64,000 nucleotides of DNA. Origin: a virus. Both the position numbers and the translations under genes were made by a program. Below the pieces are notes generated by a model. It had not been told where the DNA came from and did no database searches. It was given only the letters and a program-made list of their open reading frames with translations. Positions 52,349 to 61,411 of this stretch are shown piece by piece (positions within the stretch are counted from its first letter, which is position 1; the number at the start of each line of letters is the position of its first letter). The stretch covers positions 5,592-69,591 of IMG/VR virus record IMGVR_UViG_3300049433_000110; one strand, written 5' to 3'.

Positions 52349-52732
52349 TTATTTGATGGCGATTTCCCACTGGGTCGGGAGGGGTTGATCGATGAAGCCG
52401 GACGCCTGTGACTCGAGGTGTCGCACAGCGGCCTTCAGGGACTCGTTCTCGCGCCGGTAGACGCCCAGGGTGGCGTTCATCATCTTCATGGCCCGCACAT
52501 GGCCCGGGGTCGCTTCCCAGCCCTCGGGCGAGATCAGCAAGCCCTTGCGGACTACCCAGCCGGACCAGACCGGGTCCAGCATCCCCAAGTCCCCGGCGAT
52601 CAATTTCAGGGCGGCCGGTGGCGGGGAACTTGCCCCGCGTTTCCAGCGCCGAGCGGTCGAAATGTCCACCCCACAAATACGCGCTATCTCGCTGATATTT
52701 ATGCCGTAAAGCGGGGAGGACGGATCTCTCAT
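52349..52732 (-). CDS. HTH + DUF3653 protein, XafT-like Xer activation factor candidate
   Basis: EIARICGVDISTARRWKRG HTH; WSGWVVRKGLLISPEGWEATPG DUF3653-like motif; adjacent to dif-like site. Confidence 0.72.
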   Translation of the reverse strand: MRDPSSPLYGINISEIARICGVDISTARRWKRGASSPPPAALKLIAGDLGMLDPVWSGWVVRKGLLISPEGWEATPGHVRAMKMMNATLGVYRRENESLKAAVRHLESQASGFIDQPLPTQWEIAIK

Positions 52733-52756
52733 TGCCCCAGATTAGCGCTCTTGCGA

Positions 52757-52784
52757 GTTGCGCATAATGTATAGTGATTGAAAT
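52757..52784 (+). other. dif-like attP (XerC arm, core, degenerate XerD arm)
   Basis: GTTGCGCATAA-TGTATA-GTGATTGAAAT vs E. coli dif GGTGCGCATAA-TGTATA-TTATGTTAAAT: 10/11, 6/6, 6/11; intergenic. Confidence 0.8.
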
Positions 52785-52785
52785 C

Positions 52786-52813
52786 ATTATAGTTTTTCTC
52801 CGCGATATCGCAA
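52786..52813 (-). promoter_or_regulatory. Predicted promoter for the DUF3653 gene, reading through the dif-like site
   Basis: Minus-strand TTGCGA (52813-52808)-N16-TATAAT (52791-52786). Confidence 0.55.
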
Positions 52814-52814
52814 G

Positions 52815-53081
52815 TTACAGGTCTTTTTCTGCATGATCAACTTGCGTATTGGCATCTCGCAAGTTGGATTGCAGCATGGGGCGGGCAAGCTGCCTGCGGT
52901 TGCGCGGCAGCGTTTCTGCGCCGAATTTCTTGCGCATTTCAGCGAGCGCGCGATGGATCGTGGCCATGTGAACGTTGAAATAGCTGGAGAGCTGCTGAAT
53001 CGACATCCCGGCTTCCCGGAATTGGCGGATGGAGAACTTCTCGACAGGGGTCAGATCCCCCTCGGGACGACGCTCATTCAT
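52815..53081 (-). CDS. Small HTH protein next to att site (possible directionality factor)
   Basis: AGMSIQQLSSYFNVHMATIHRAL HTH. Confidence 0.6.
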   Translation of the reverse strand: MNERRPEGDLTPVEKFSIRQFREAGMSIQQLSSYFNVHMATIHRALAEMRKKFGAETLPRNRRQLARPMLQSNLRDANTQVDHAEKDL

Positions 53082-53383
53082 GGGGATATCCTCGCGACGA
53101 TGCTCTTGACCGTCTCGATGGCCAGATCACGGTCGCAGTTGACCAGCGTTCTCATACAACCTCCCGCCTCGCCGTGATTCGCACCAGCCACACCGATCCG
53201 AAGGCAAGCCCGGTTTGCCACCAAGCGGCATGCAGTGAGCCCAGGATCGCCAAGATGACCAGCACGGCGGTCCAGAAGACGATCACGGAGAGCTTCGTGC
53301 GCGGCTCGGTGTGGGGGAGGCAGCGCAGGATCTGCGACGGTTGGCCCGGATGCCAGCGCGCGCACGAGGAGACCGGGGTGAGG

Positions 53384-53659
53384 TCAGTCATCCTGCACAT
53401 CCGGCGGCCGACCACTGCGAGGATGGGCCACGGTTCTGCGATGCCCCACCGCAGGCGGGATATCGGCGCGCCCGGCTTCGGTCACGATCTTCGCCCTGTC
53501 GTGATCCAAGAAGGCGACCGTGATCGCGTATTCGCCGTCCTCGTTCCAGCCGATCTGACCCACCAGCATGCCCGGTGAGCCCATCGCGGCCGAGGCGCGC
53601 ACGCGGTCGAAATAGGGCAGCAGTTGCTCGATCTGCTTGGCGTTGAGTTTGATTCTCAC
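53384..53659 (-). CDS. Hypothetical protein
   Basis: GTGA overlap with upstream gene. Confidence 0.5.
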   Translation of the reverse strand: MRIKLNAKQIEQLLPYFDRVRASAAMGSPGMLVGQIGWNEDGEYAITVAFLDHDRAKIVTEAGRADIPPAVGHRRTVAHPRSGRPPDVQDD

Positions 53660-55101
53660 GGCAGTTGTTCCACCACCGCCAGCAAATTAGCCTCCGCCTC
53701 TTTCGCCTGCGAAGCCAACTTGCGATCCTTCTTCTGATCCAACTTGCTGTCGCGGTTCTGAAAGACAGCCCATTCCTTGGCGAATTTGCATACGGATTCC
53801 ATCAACAGGTACACCTTCAGGTCGAGGCTGGCGGTCAGGGGTTCGGAATCGCTTTGCAGCGAAGTTGGCTCCTCAGCAGGCGGGGAGAGGGCGTCGCACG
53901 GGGTATCGCGCGCTTGCCTCACGGAGTCCTCACGGATATCCGCGCCCTCAGAAACGGTTGTTACGATTGCGGGCTTCTCCCGCTCCGCCTTCAGCGCTTC
54001 CTGGTCGCGCTCCAACGCAGCCCGATCCTCCGCGATCTGTTGCGCCCATGCCTGTTGCGCCGCTTCGACCAGCTCCCGCTGACGAGTTTCCTCCTGGCGC
54101 TGGGCTTCTACCCGCCGTTCCTCGGCCAACTGCGCTTCCTGACGAGCCAGTAGCGCCGAGTTCTCTTCCGCCATGCGTTTGGCATTGGCCTCGGCCGCTG
54201 CTGCGATCTCGCGCCGTATACGCTCGTTCTCAGCCGCTTGCCGAGCCGCTTCGGCATCTCGTGCAGCCTTCGCTACCCGTTCCTCCTCGGCGATTCGAGC
54301 CCGCTCCACATCGGCCGCCGCCTGCTGCCGCAACCGCTCGCGTTCCAATTCCTCGCGGGCCAGGCGCTGTACCTCCGCCAACCTTTCCCGCTCAACCTTC
54401 GCGGCAGCCTCATTGGCCAGCCGCACCCGCTCGTTCTCGGCCCGCTCCTCAGCCAAACGCTTCTGCTCCGTCTCCACCGCGACCGCATTCGCGTGAGCGG
54501 CCCGCAGCCGGATCAGCGTCGTGGCCTTCGCGCCTTCGGCCTCCTTTTGGAACTCGGCAAACGTATGGTCGACAACAATCGACTCGATATCCTTGATGAA
54601 AATGGTGATGTCGGTCGAACTGCGATTCGCGACCGCCAACGCGGCGTAACGGATGTCATCCTCGATGCGGCCTCGGATGGTGGCGATGCGCTGGGCTTCG
54701 GCCGCAGCCTTCGCTTGGCGCTCGTTTTCCTTGCGCGTCTCCTCGGTTTTAATCTGCAAGTCAACCGGTCCCTCGATCACCAGCAACTCGTTGGTGATGC
54801 GCTCGGCCTCAGTGTCGAGTTTCTTGCCGAGGTCCAGGATCGGCCGCTTAGCCGCCTTGCGCAGTTTCTCCACTTCGTAGCGCGGCTCGCGGATCTCGGC
54901 GCGTGCTTCGCAGGCTTCCTTCATGCCCTTTGCGGTCGCAACATCAAACACAACGCTGCCGTACTTCGCGCGCAGATCCGCAATGCCGGCGGCGACCTTG
55001 TCAATCTTGACGAGCGCGGTGGAGACGGCTTCGAGTTGGGTGGCGAGCGAAGTGTCTTCCGGGGACGCGACGGGCTCGACAGCAGTGGGCTGGGCGCTCA
55101 T
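53656..55101 (-). CDS. Coiled-coil early protein (DUF1351-like N-terminus)
   Basis: R.E.EK.RK..K.P.L..GK..D.EA..I pattern then long E/A/R coil. Confidence 0.65.
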   Translation of the reverse strand: MSAQPTAVEPVASPEDTSLATQLEAVSTALVKIDKVAAGIADLRAKYGSVVFDVATAKGMKEACEARAEIREPRYEVEKLRKAAKRPILDLGKKLDTEAERITNELLVIEGPVDLQIKTEETRKENERQAKAAAEAQRIATIRGRIEDDIRYAALAVANRSSTDITIFIKDIESIVVDHTFAEFQKEAEGAKATTLIRLRAAHANAVAVETEQKRLAEERAENERVRLANEAAAKVERERLAEVQRLAREELERERLRQQAAADVERARIAEEERVAKAARDAEAARQAAENERIRREIAAAAEANAKRMAEENSALLARQEAQLAEERRVEAQRQEETRQRELVEAAQQAWAQQIAEDRAALERDQEALKAEREKPAIVTTVSEGADIREDSVRQARDTPCDALSPPAEEPTSLQSDSEPLTASLDLKVYLLMESVCKFAKEWAVFQNRDSKLDQKKDRKLASQAKEAEANLLAVVEQLP

Positions 55102-55751
55102 TCCTGTTGCTCCAGAGTTTCGCGGTGCTCATTCGCCGCCGCCTCAACTTCCAGAGGCACTTCGGCACCGGCAGCGGCATACAGTGCCCATACCGATTTG
55201 CGAGTCTTGAGTAACGAGTCCATCGTCTGCTGGCCACGCAGGGCTTTGATCGATTCGTCGTCCGACGGTTTCTCAGCAGTGTTTCCCGACGTCGTCGCGG
55301 TATTGGTCGAAGCACCGTTGCCGCCGGCAGATTGAGGCACGGTGCGATGCATCGTCATCTGAAATGGGCGCTTGCGAGGCAACGCGATCGTAACCGGCTT
55401 ATCGGCCTCAATGTCCGGAGACCCCCATACACGGATACAATCGTCGTCGTTGTACGTCGTCGGGAACAGCGTGACGCGCTTACCGATCCACTCCTGCACC
55501 TTCTTGCCAAACATGTCCTTCAGGCAAATGCCGTTGGTCTTGTTGAGCGCGAGTTGCTTCTCGGTGCGGTCGAAGCTGATGAGCCCCTTGACCTGCGGAC
55601 CTTTGTCGCCGATCAACTCCTCGAGCTTCACGCCCGCGATCTTCAGTGTGACTTTTTTGCCTTTGAGGTCCGCGGCTTTCAGGAAGCGGCCGGGATACAA
55701 TTCATCCCAGTCCACCGGTGTTGGAAACACTTTTGCTTGTTGTTCAGCCAT
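55098..55751 (-). CDS. Putative ssDNA-binding/annealing partner of the exonuclease
   Basis: FLKAADL...LNKTN...WIGKRVTL; directly after RecE-like gene. Confidence 0.55.
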   Translation of the reverse strand: MAEQQAKVFPTPVDWDELYPGRFLKAADLKGKKVTLKIAGVKLEELIGDKGPQVKGLISFDRTEKQLALNKTNGICLKDMFGKKVQEWIGKRVTLFPTTYNDDDCIRVWGSPDIEADKPVTIALPRKRPFQMTMHRTVPQSAGGNGASTNTATTSGNTAEKPSDDESIKALRGQQTMDSLLKTRKSVWALYAAAGAEVPLEVEAAANEHRETLEQQE

Positions 55752-55752
55752 G

Positions 55753-56625
55753 TTATGCGGCCTCCAGGCCTAAGTCGTTTATGTCGTCCTGCTGACCGTA
55801 GTACCAAGTCGGCAGGCTTACGTTGTGTTCTTCATCACGCCCTGGGCCCGGCCACTTTCCAGCGGCTTCGCATTCGCCGAGGATCTTCAATAGCTCGAGA
55901 TAGCGGTCGCGTCCCTCGATCAACACGTCTTCGGTGATGTTGTAGACTATGACGGCATGCGGCGCCTTTGGTTCGACCACGATTTCCTTCATGCGCGGCG
56001 CGATACCGGTGATGGCCTCGTAACCATCATGGTAGAACGCCCACTGCATGGCGTAGCCGTAGCGTGCGCATGCGGCCCCAAAGGGATGCTCGCGGCAGTC
56101 GGCCGATGTCTTGAGTCCCACAACGTAGCGCTCACCGTCGATGCGCGTCAGCCAGTCGGCCCGGCCTTTGCAGCGACGCACAGGCAGCCCCCATTCGACC
56201 GACAAATCCCATTCCATCGAGACTTCCGGGTCACCCTGCTCGAGATAGCGCATCGCCGTTGCATCGGCGCGGATGGCTTCTTGAATCGCCATGGCCGCGT
56301 CGCGCTCCTGGATTGTCAGAATCGACTTTCCCGGATGCTCCGCGACGAACGTCTTCCACTGCTCGCCGCTTTGAGGCGCGATGTTGCCGCTGCCGTTCTT
56401 CGTCAGCTTGTCCCAGATGATGAACTCGGTATCGAATCGTTCGGGCTCCAACACGGAAACATGGGCGGCCTTCCCCAGCGACAACGGCTTGGTCTGGATC
56501 GGATGCGTTCCGCGATAGATGTAGCGCTGGGGCGAATGCTCCAACTCCTTCAGCCGCGACATGTTGACCGCATCAATCTCGCGGTAACTCTCGTACGGAA
56601 CGCGCGATGTGATCAGGCCGCCCAT
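55753..56625 (-). CDS. RecE/Exo VIII-like PD-(D/E)XK exonuclease (DUF3799-like)
   Basis: G.AAH..VLEP, EVS..W, CKGRADW, GLKTS, YGY.MQ.AFY. Confidence 0.8.
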   Translation of the reverse strand: MGGLITSRVPYESYREIDAVNMSRLKELEHSPQRYIYRGTHPIQTKPLSLGKAAHVSVLEPERFDTEFIIWDKLTKNGSGNIAPQSGEQWKTFVAEHPGKSILTIQERDAAMAIQEAIRADATAMRYLEQGDPEVSMEWDLSVEWGLPVRRCKGRADWLTRIDGERYVVGLKTSADCREHPFGAACARYGYAMQWAFYHDGYEAITGIAPRMKEIVVEPKAPHAVIVYNITEDVLIEGRDRYLELLKILGECEAAGKWPGPGRDEEHNVSLPTWYYGQQDDINDLGLEAA

Positions 56626-56627
56626 GA

Positions 56628-58826
56628 TTACACCTTCACCTGTTCGATCTCGCCACCCGAGACCGCCAGCGCCATGAAATCCTGTGGCGTCGCCTTGCGC
56701 ACCGTGATGGTGGCCTGAATGATGTGCGCGGTCGCCTGCGCCTCGTTTTTGGCTTCCACGATGCGCAGGGGTATCGGGTCTCCCTCGGCGGTGCGGAAGT
56801 CGTCTTTTTGCTTGTGTTCGAATGCGTAATGAGGCATGTGTGTCTCTTGTTGTGTTAACTAGCTTGTCTACGAAGGGCTGTGGGCGCCGTCAACGCATGC
56901 CACCGGCTCAGCACGCGCCGGCCCTCGCGCTGCCTGACGCCCTCGTCAAACCGCTCCTGCAGCGCCTTGTCAGCGCGCGCCTGCTCCAACGCTCGGGCCG
57001 CTTCCAACTCGCGGGGGCCGCGGCGGTCAGTGTATCCAACGACGTTGAATCGAATCTTCATTTCGCCTCCGGATAAATCGTGGGCACTTCCAACACCCGC
57101 TGCAGCCGCTCGCGCTTCTTCAGCGCTTCCAACTCCCAGCGCATTTTGTCGACCAACTCGGCATCGGTGAGTCGATAGGTCTCGCGGACATCCAGCGCCC
57201 AATCAGCCAGGTAAGGCGATCCCGCCGACTCGGTGATGTCCTGCGCCCCGCCAAGAGCGCAGGGGGAGGAGTTGGAAGCCGGCGGGATCGGGTCAACCGG
57301 GAGCAGCGCTCGTTGCGCCAATTCTTGGAGGTATTCGTGTAGGTGTTCGTTCATTGCACCGTCCTCGATATCGGAACGGTCACGCGCGTGCCGATGCCAA
57401 TCACCGATTCCAGCTCGTATTGCATCCGCGAGACCTTCAGGCGACGCCGCTCGACCTCCATTTCGAGGTCCTGCAGCTCCAGCGCCTCACGGATCAACTC
57501 GGCGAACTGTTTGCCGAATTCGGTGCTCATGGCCTTGTCACCTCGACGCCACGCGGTTCCAACTTCGCGACCAGGGTTTCGAATTCGCGCGGCGACAACC
57601 GAAATGACGCCTCGCCCGCATACAGGCAGTAGACGACTTTGTGCGCCTGCACAGTGCTGATGTCGTGCGCCATGAGGGATATTTCGGCATGTTTGACGCG
57701 CGTTTCTGCGAGGCAATCATGGTTGCGAGTGCGCACATAGACCGACGCGCGCAACGGACCCCAGTCGATGTACAGCCGCCGCGGGAAGCCTTTGCAGGGC
57801 TTCAACTCGATCTCTTCGCGCTCGGGGAGAGGGTCCGCATCGCAAATCGCCCCGCCGGCTCCTGACGATTGTGGTGACGGATTGTTCACGATCGGACCCA
57901 AACTTGTTGATTCGGTGCTCATGGCGCCTTCACCTGCGCAGCCAGCCAACGATGCGCGGCCTCGGTATCGCGCCGAGCTAGCTCCACCACCATCGCCTGC
58001 AGCGGGTCAGCGGCGTAGGCGGCAGACTGCGCGGCGTAGGCTGCGGCGCGGGCGGTGAGGTCGTTGGTGGGGGTGCTCACGAGAGTAATTTCCGATAACG
58101 GCAGCTCGCCGGGTGATACGCCACGTCCAGTCGATCCGCATGCTGAGTGCGACAGGTACAGAAGTGCGTCACCAGGAGGGTGCGTAGCTTCGAGACTTCG
58201 GCCTCAGCATCGGCCAACAGGTCCGCGAGCAGGCGCACGGAGTTGGGTCGGGAGATTTTGCAGGCGGCGCTCACAGCAGTGGGGATGTGCTTAACCATGG
58301 GTCCAGCCCTCAAACCATTCCTGAGCATCTTGGAGAGGGCCAGTGCGGTAGGAACTGTTGAAACAGTCCGTGGCTCCGGTCTGAGCCATGTACGCATCAA
58401 TGCCGAGTTCTATCAGCCGGCGCCTCGCGACGGCGATGTAATCGAACCGTGCCAACTCGGCGGCGGTCATGAGCAGTGGATCAAATTTCACAGCGACTCC
58501 TCGCCTGCGTCTTCGAGCTCGACGTCATCGATCTCACCGTCGCTGTCGCGCTCAAAGTCCCATTCGTGGGGGTCGCTGTATTTGGCCGAGAGCTCGTCGA
58601 CTCTCCAGCTTGGAAAGCTGTCGACTGGGGTGCTGTGCGGGGCGGGAGGACTCACGGCGCGACGCACATCCCGCAGGTGATACCAGCGCCAGGAGACGTT
58701 GTTCGGATAGCCGTTGACGACCGCGAATTCCCAGCCGTAGCGGCCCATGCGCTTGCCGACGATGGGAGCCGGCGCCTCAAAGCAGTACGTCGGGCGAGCG
58801 GGTCGGATCAGGGTGCCGATGTTCAT
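56628..58826 (-). other. Cluster of small early genes downstream of PL
   Basis: Overlapping short ORFs 56628-56837, 57058-57354, 57527-57922, 58291-58491, 58488-58826. Confidence 0.6.
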
Positions 58827-58987
58827 GACGCACACCGCGCGCAAAAGAACACCCACGGGGCCTTCGGGTTCGGCTGCACGCGATCATGGGTGCTGACGTG
58901 CTGGGCGCCGCACTTCGGACAGGCGCCGAAGTGGGCGCTACCGCCGATCAGGTTGCCGAGGGTCTGGAGCTGAGTGGGCTGGGACAT
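58823..58987 (-). CDS. 54-aa Zn-ribbon microprotein, first gene of PL (not in ORF track)
   Basis: MSQPTQLQ...CPKCG...FFCARCAS; GGAG RBS; ATGA overlap with next gene. Confidence 0.65.
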   Translation of the reverse strand: MSQPTQLQTLGNLIGGSAHFGACPKCGAQHVSTHDRVQPNPKAPWVFFCARCAS

Positions 58988-59013
58988 GCTGCTCTCCGGG
59001 GTCGATGGAGAGC

Positions 59014-59053
59014 AAAGTACAGCAAGCTAAACACAGAGTCAAGCATGCTGTAC
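59014..59053 (-). promoter_or_regulatory. PL promoter with two operators
   Basis: TTGACT-N17-TACTTT on minus strand; GTACAGCAAGCTAAAC 59017-59032 and GTCAAGCATGCTGTAC 59038-59053. Confidence 0.8.
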
Positions 59054-59186
59054 CTAAAAAGCGTGATGCTGCGCGATAGACCTAAGTCGTTATGACGACG
59101 GCGTAGGGAAATTTAGGATAAGGGGCTCAGGATGTACGCTAGAAAACCAGAGACGTTCTGCTTGGAAAACGTGGTTTTCGTTCGAT

Positions 59187-59456
59187 TCAGTCGGACGATT
59201 TCGGCTTCAGTGTCCGATAGCGGCCGCTGTTGGCGGAGCCGCCGGGGCCGCGGTCAGCGCCCCAAATCAAGTAATTGGCGTCTGTGCTCAATGCCTCGAG
59301 GACCAGCAGGAACGTCTTCAGCTTGAGGTCCTTCGTACTGCCATTCTCCCACTGAGAAACCGCGCTCTTTGTCACGCCCGCAAGCTTAGCAAGCTGCTCC
59401 TGGGTCAGGTTTCTGGCTGCCCGTAGCTGTCGTATCCGATCGCCCATCGTATCCAT
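59187..59456 (-). CDS. CI-like XRE repressor, HTH only
   Basis: GDRIRQLR...LTQEQLAKLAGVTKSAVSQWENG; divergent from cro. Confidence 0.85.
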   Translation of the reverse strand: MDTMGDRIRQLRAARNLTQEQLAKLAGVTKSAVSQWENGSTKDLKLKTFLLVLEALSTDANYLIWGADRGPGGSANSGRYRTLKPKSSD

Positions 59457-59479
59457 ATGACCAGCATAAGGAACACTGG

Positions 59480-59520
59480 GTACAGCATCCTTGACCTCAA
59501 GGTTTAACATGCTGTACTTT
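59480..59520 (+). promoter_or_regulatory. PR promoter with two operators
   Basis: TTGACC-N18-TACTTT; GTACAGCATCCTTGAC 59480-59495 and GTTTAACATGCTGTAC 59502-59517. Confidence 0.8.
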
Positions 59521-59527
59521 GGTAGCT

Positions 59528-59761
59528 ATGCTCAAAGCCGACGTTATCGCTCATTTTGGGAATTCTCCGGTCGCGGTCTCCAAAGCGTTGGGAATTACCC
59601 GCAGCGCGGTAAACCAGTGGCCTGAGATCGTCCCGCTCAAGAGCGCCTTGCGGCTGCAGTCCATTACGAATGGCGAGCTGTCCGTAGACATGACCGTGTA
59701 CGAGCTTCCCGATCTTCCCACGCGTGCGCACCGAACGGTACGCCGCGCCGCTGTTAGTTAA
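59528..59761 (+). CDS. cro: Cro-like regulator
   Basis: MLKADVIAHFG...VSKALGITRSAVNQWPEIVP...TNGEL. Confidence 0.85.
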   Translation: MLKADVIAHFGNSPVAVSKALGITRSAVNQWPEIVPLKSALRLQSITNGELSVDMTVYELPDLPTRAHRTVRRAAVS

Positions 59762-59851
59762 GTGTTCTTAACAAAGAGCATGACACGCCGCACAAATCTG
59801 TTTTGTGCGAATCAACATAACATGGCTGATCGTTTATCCAGTGTGTCAGGG

Positions 59852-60061
59852 CTATTTCGAAGCGATAGGCGCTTCCGAATAGCCGGCTTCGTGCGCCTTT
59901 TTCATGCAATCCGCATGGCTCGCCAGTGCCACGGGAACGCCGATCAGACCAAATCCCCAGCCATCGCAGTGCAGCACCTGACCACTGGGATTGGCAAGCA
60001 GGGTCTTTTGGCTGACACAGCCGCAGAGAGCCAAGCAGATAGCGATTACAGCGATTTTCAT
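59852..60061 (-). CDS. Small lipoprotein
   Basis: MKIAVIAICLALCG|C lipobox; one further Cys pair. Confidence 0.7.
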   Translation of the reverse strand: MKIAVIAICLALCGCVSQKTLLANPSGQVLHCDGWGFGLIGVPVALASHADCMKKAHEAGYSEAPIASK

Positions 60062-60075
60062 GGCCGGGATTTCCT

Positions 60076-60594
60076 GTGGTGAATGTGAACGTCAAGCCTT
60101 CACAGTCTACCGCAGGGAATCCCGGTTCCTCTCGCCAGCGTTACTACGCTCGTTTGGCGGCAGCGACTCATGCCAGCCGGCAACGTTGGAAAGCTGTCCG
60201 CATTGAATTGCATCTGGCTGGCCAGGCAAAGCACGTCGAGAAAAAGCGTGTGACGATGGACCAAAGGGTTTGCGCGGCTTGCGATCAGTCTTACCAACTT
60301 CCGGAGAAGTGGGCGCATCGTGACTATTGCATTGATTGCGGGATAGATGCCTTCTATGCGCAGACCGATGCCGCATCGCAGGTATCAAAGGCAATCCGAC
60401 TCGGTCGTCTCATGCGGGCCGATCAATTTCGCTGTGTTGATTGCGATGCGTGGGCTGATAGATACGATCATCGTGACTATCACAAGCCCCTAGCCGTAGA
60501 TCCCGTTTGCGCTCGTTGTAACAGCATCCGGCCGCCGGCTTACCGAAAAATCAGCCCCTCGGAGGCGGAAAACGGGAGGCGCATCACGTACTAG
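60076..60594 (+). CDS. Zn-binding HNH-like protein (start uncertain)
   Basis: VSKAIRLGRL...CVDC...HRDYHKPLAV..VCARC. Confidence 0.6.
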   Translation: MVNVNVKPSQSTAGNPGSSRQRYYARLAAATHASRQRWKAVRIELHLAGQAKHVEKKRVTMDQRVCAACDQSYQLPEKWAHRDYCIDCGIDAFYAQTDAASQVSKAIRLGRLMRADQFRCVDCDAWADRYDHRDYHKPLAVDPVCARCNSIRPPAYRKISPSEAENGRRITY

Positions 60595-60976
60595 CCGCGC
60601 CTCGCACCGGTTGCGGCTCACACAAAACTAACTTCGAATCGATGATCGTGCCGCTTGGTCGCGCGCGCGGTCAAGTGGGGTCCATCAAACATGTCGGCTC
60701 GGCACACTACGCTTCTGGCAGCCATCGCCGCAGTGCTCGTGCTCGTGGGCGCGGACTTTGCCATTCGCGCCGCGCGCTTCGCCACAAGACGATGGGTGGT
60801 GTTGGATGCGCCTGGGTGCGTGCAGGTGAGGCCGTGAGACAGTGCCGCCTGTGCCGCTTTGCAGCGGACTTGCCCAAAGAGCGACCGCGATGGTGCGTGA
60901 TCCATTGGAACAAGATTCCGACTCTGCAGCCGGCGGGGCCGCGCATTCAGGTGCCGCGGTTGCGCGTGGTCAGCCC

Positions 60977-61411
60977 ATGAAGTACGCCGACATGCAGAAA
61001 CAACTCGACAGTGGCCGTTTCGAGAAGCGGCCGCGCAATACCACGAAGCCGGCGTACAAACCCGCGCTTAGCGCAGGAACCGTAACCGATCCGGGCGAGA
61101 AAGGGGGAGTTTCCCAGCCGGATCTGCTGACTCATCTCGAGGCTGAGACCTGGTTGGCCGAACGCCTGAAGGAACACAACTGCGACATCTACGCAGGGGG
61201 TCCCTATGCCACCTACGCCGATCGGCTGGGAGCTGCCATCGTGCGCAATGGCCTGGCGTGCGTGGTCGTCGGACGCACTCCAGAGCGTAAGCCCGAAACG
61301 TATGCGCAACTGTTCCAACGCATCGCGGGTAAGGCGCTGCCGAAGGCTGTCGATGGTTCCACGATAAACAAAATGTCGATTCAACATCAAACACAGAAGG
61401 TAACACCATGA
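60977..61411 (+). CDS. Hypothetical protein
   Basis: ATG 60977; overlaps next gene. Confidence 0.5.
   Translation: MKYADMQKQLDSGRFEKRPRNTTKPAYKPALSAGTVTDPGEKGGVSQPDLLTHLEAETWLAERLKEHNCDIYAGGPYATYADRLGAAIVRNGLACVVVGRTPERKPETYAQLFQRIAGKALPKAVDGSTINKMSIQHQTQKVTP

Noticed and set aside
52334-52352. TTGCGAGGTCGCGAATTAT as a second dif-like arm (CTX-type attP)
   Set aside because: Only 7 bp match the att flank, the orientation is direct rather than inverted, and there is no core match.
59017-59517. Operators as LexA SOS boxes
   Set aside because: CTGT and ACAG half-sites are present but not as CTGT-N8-ACAG; the 16-bp symmetry and position fit CI/Cro.
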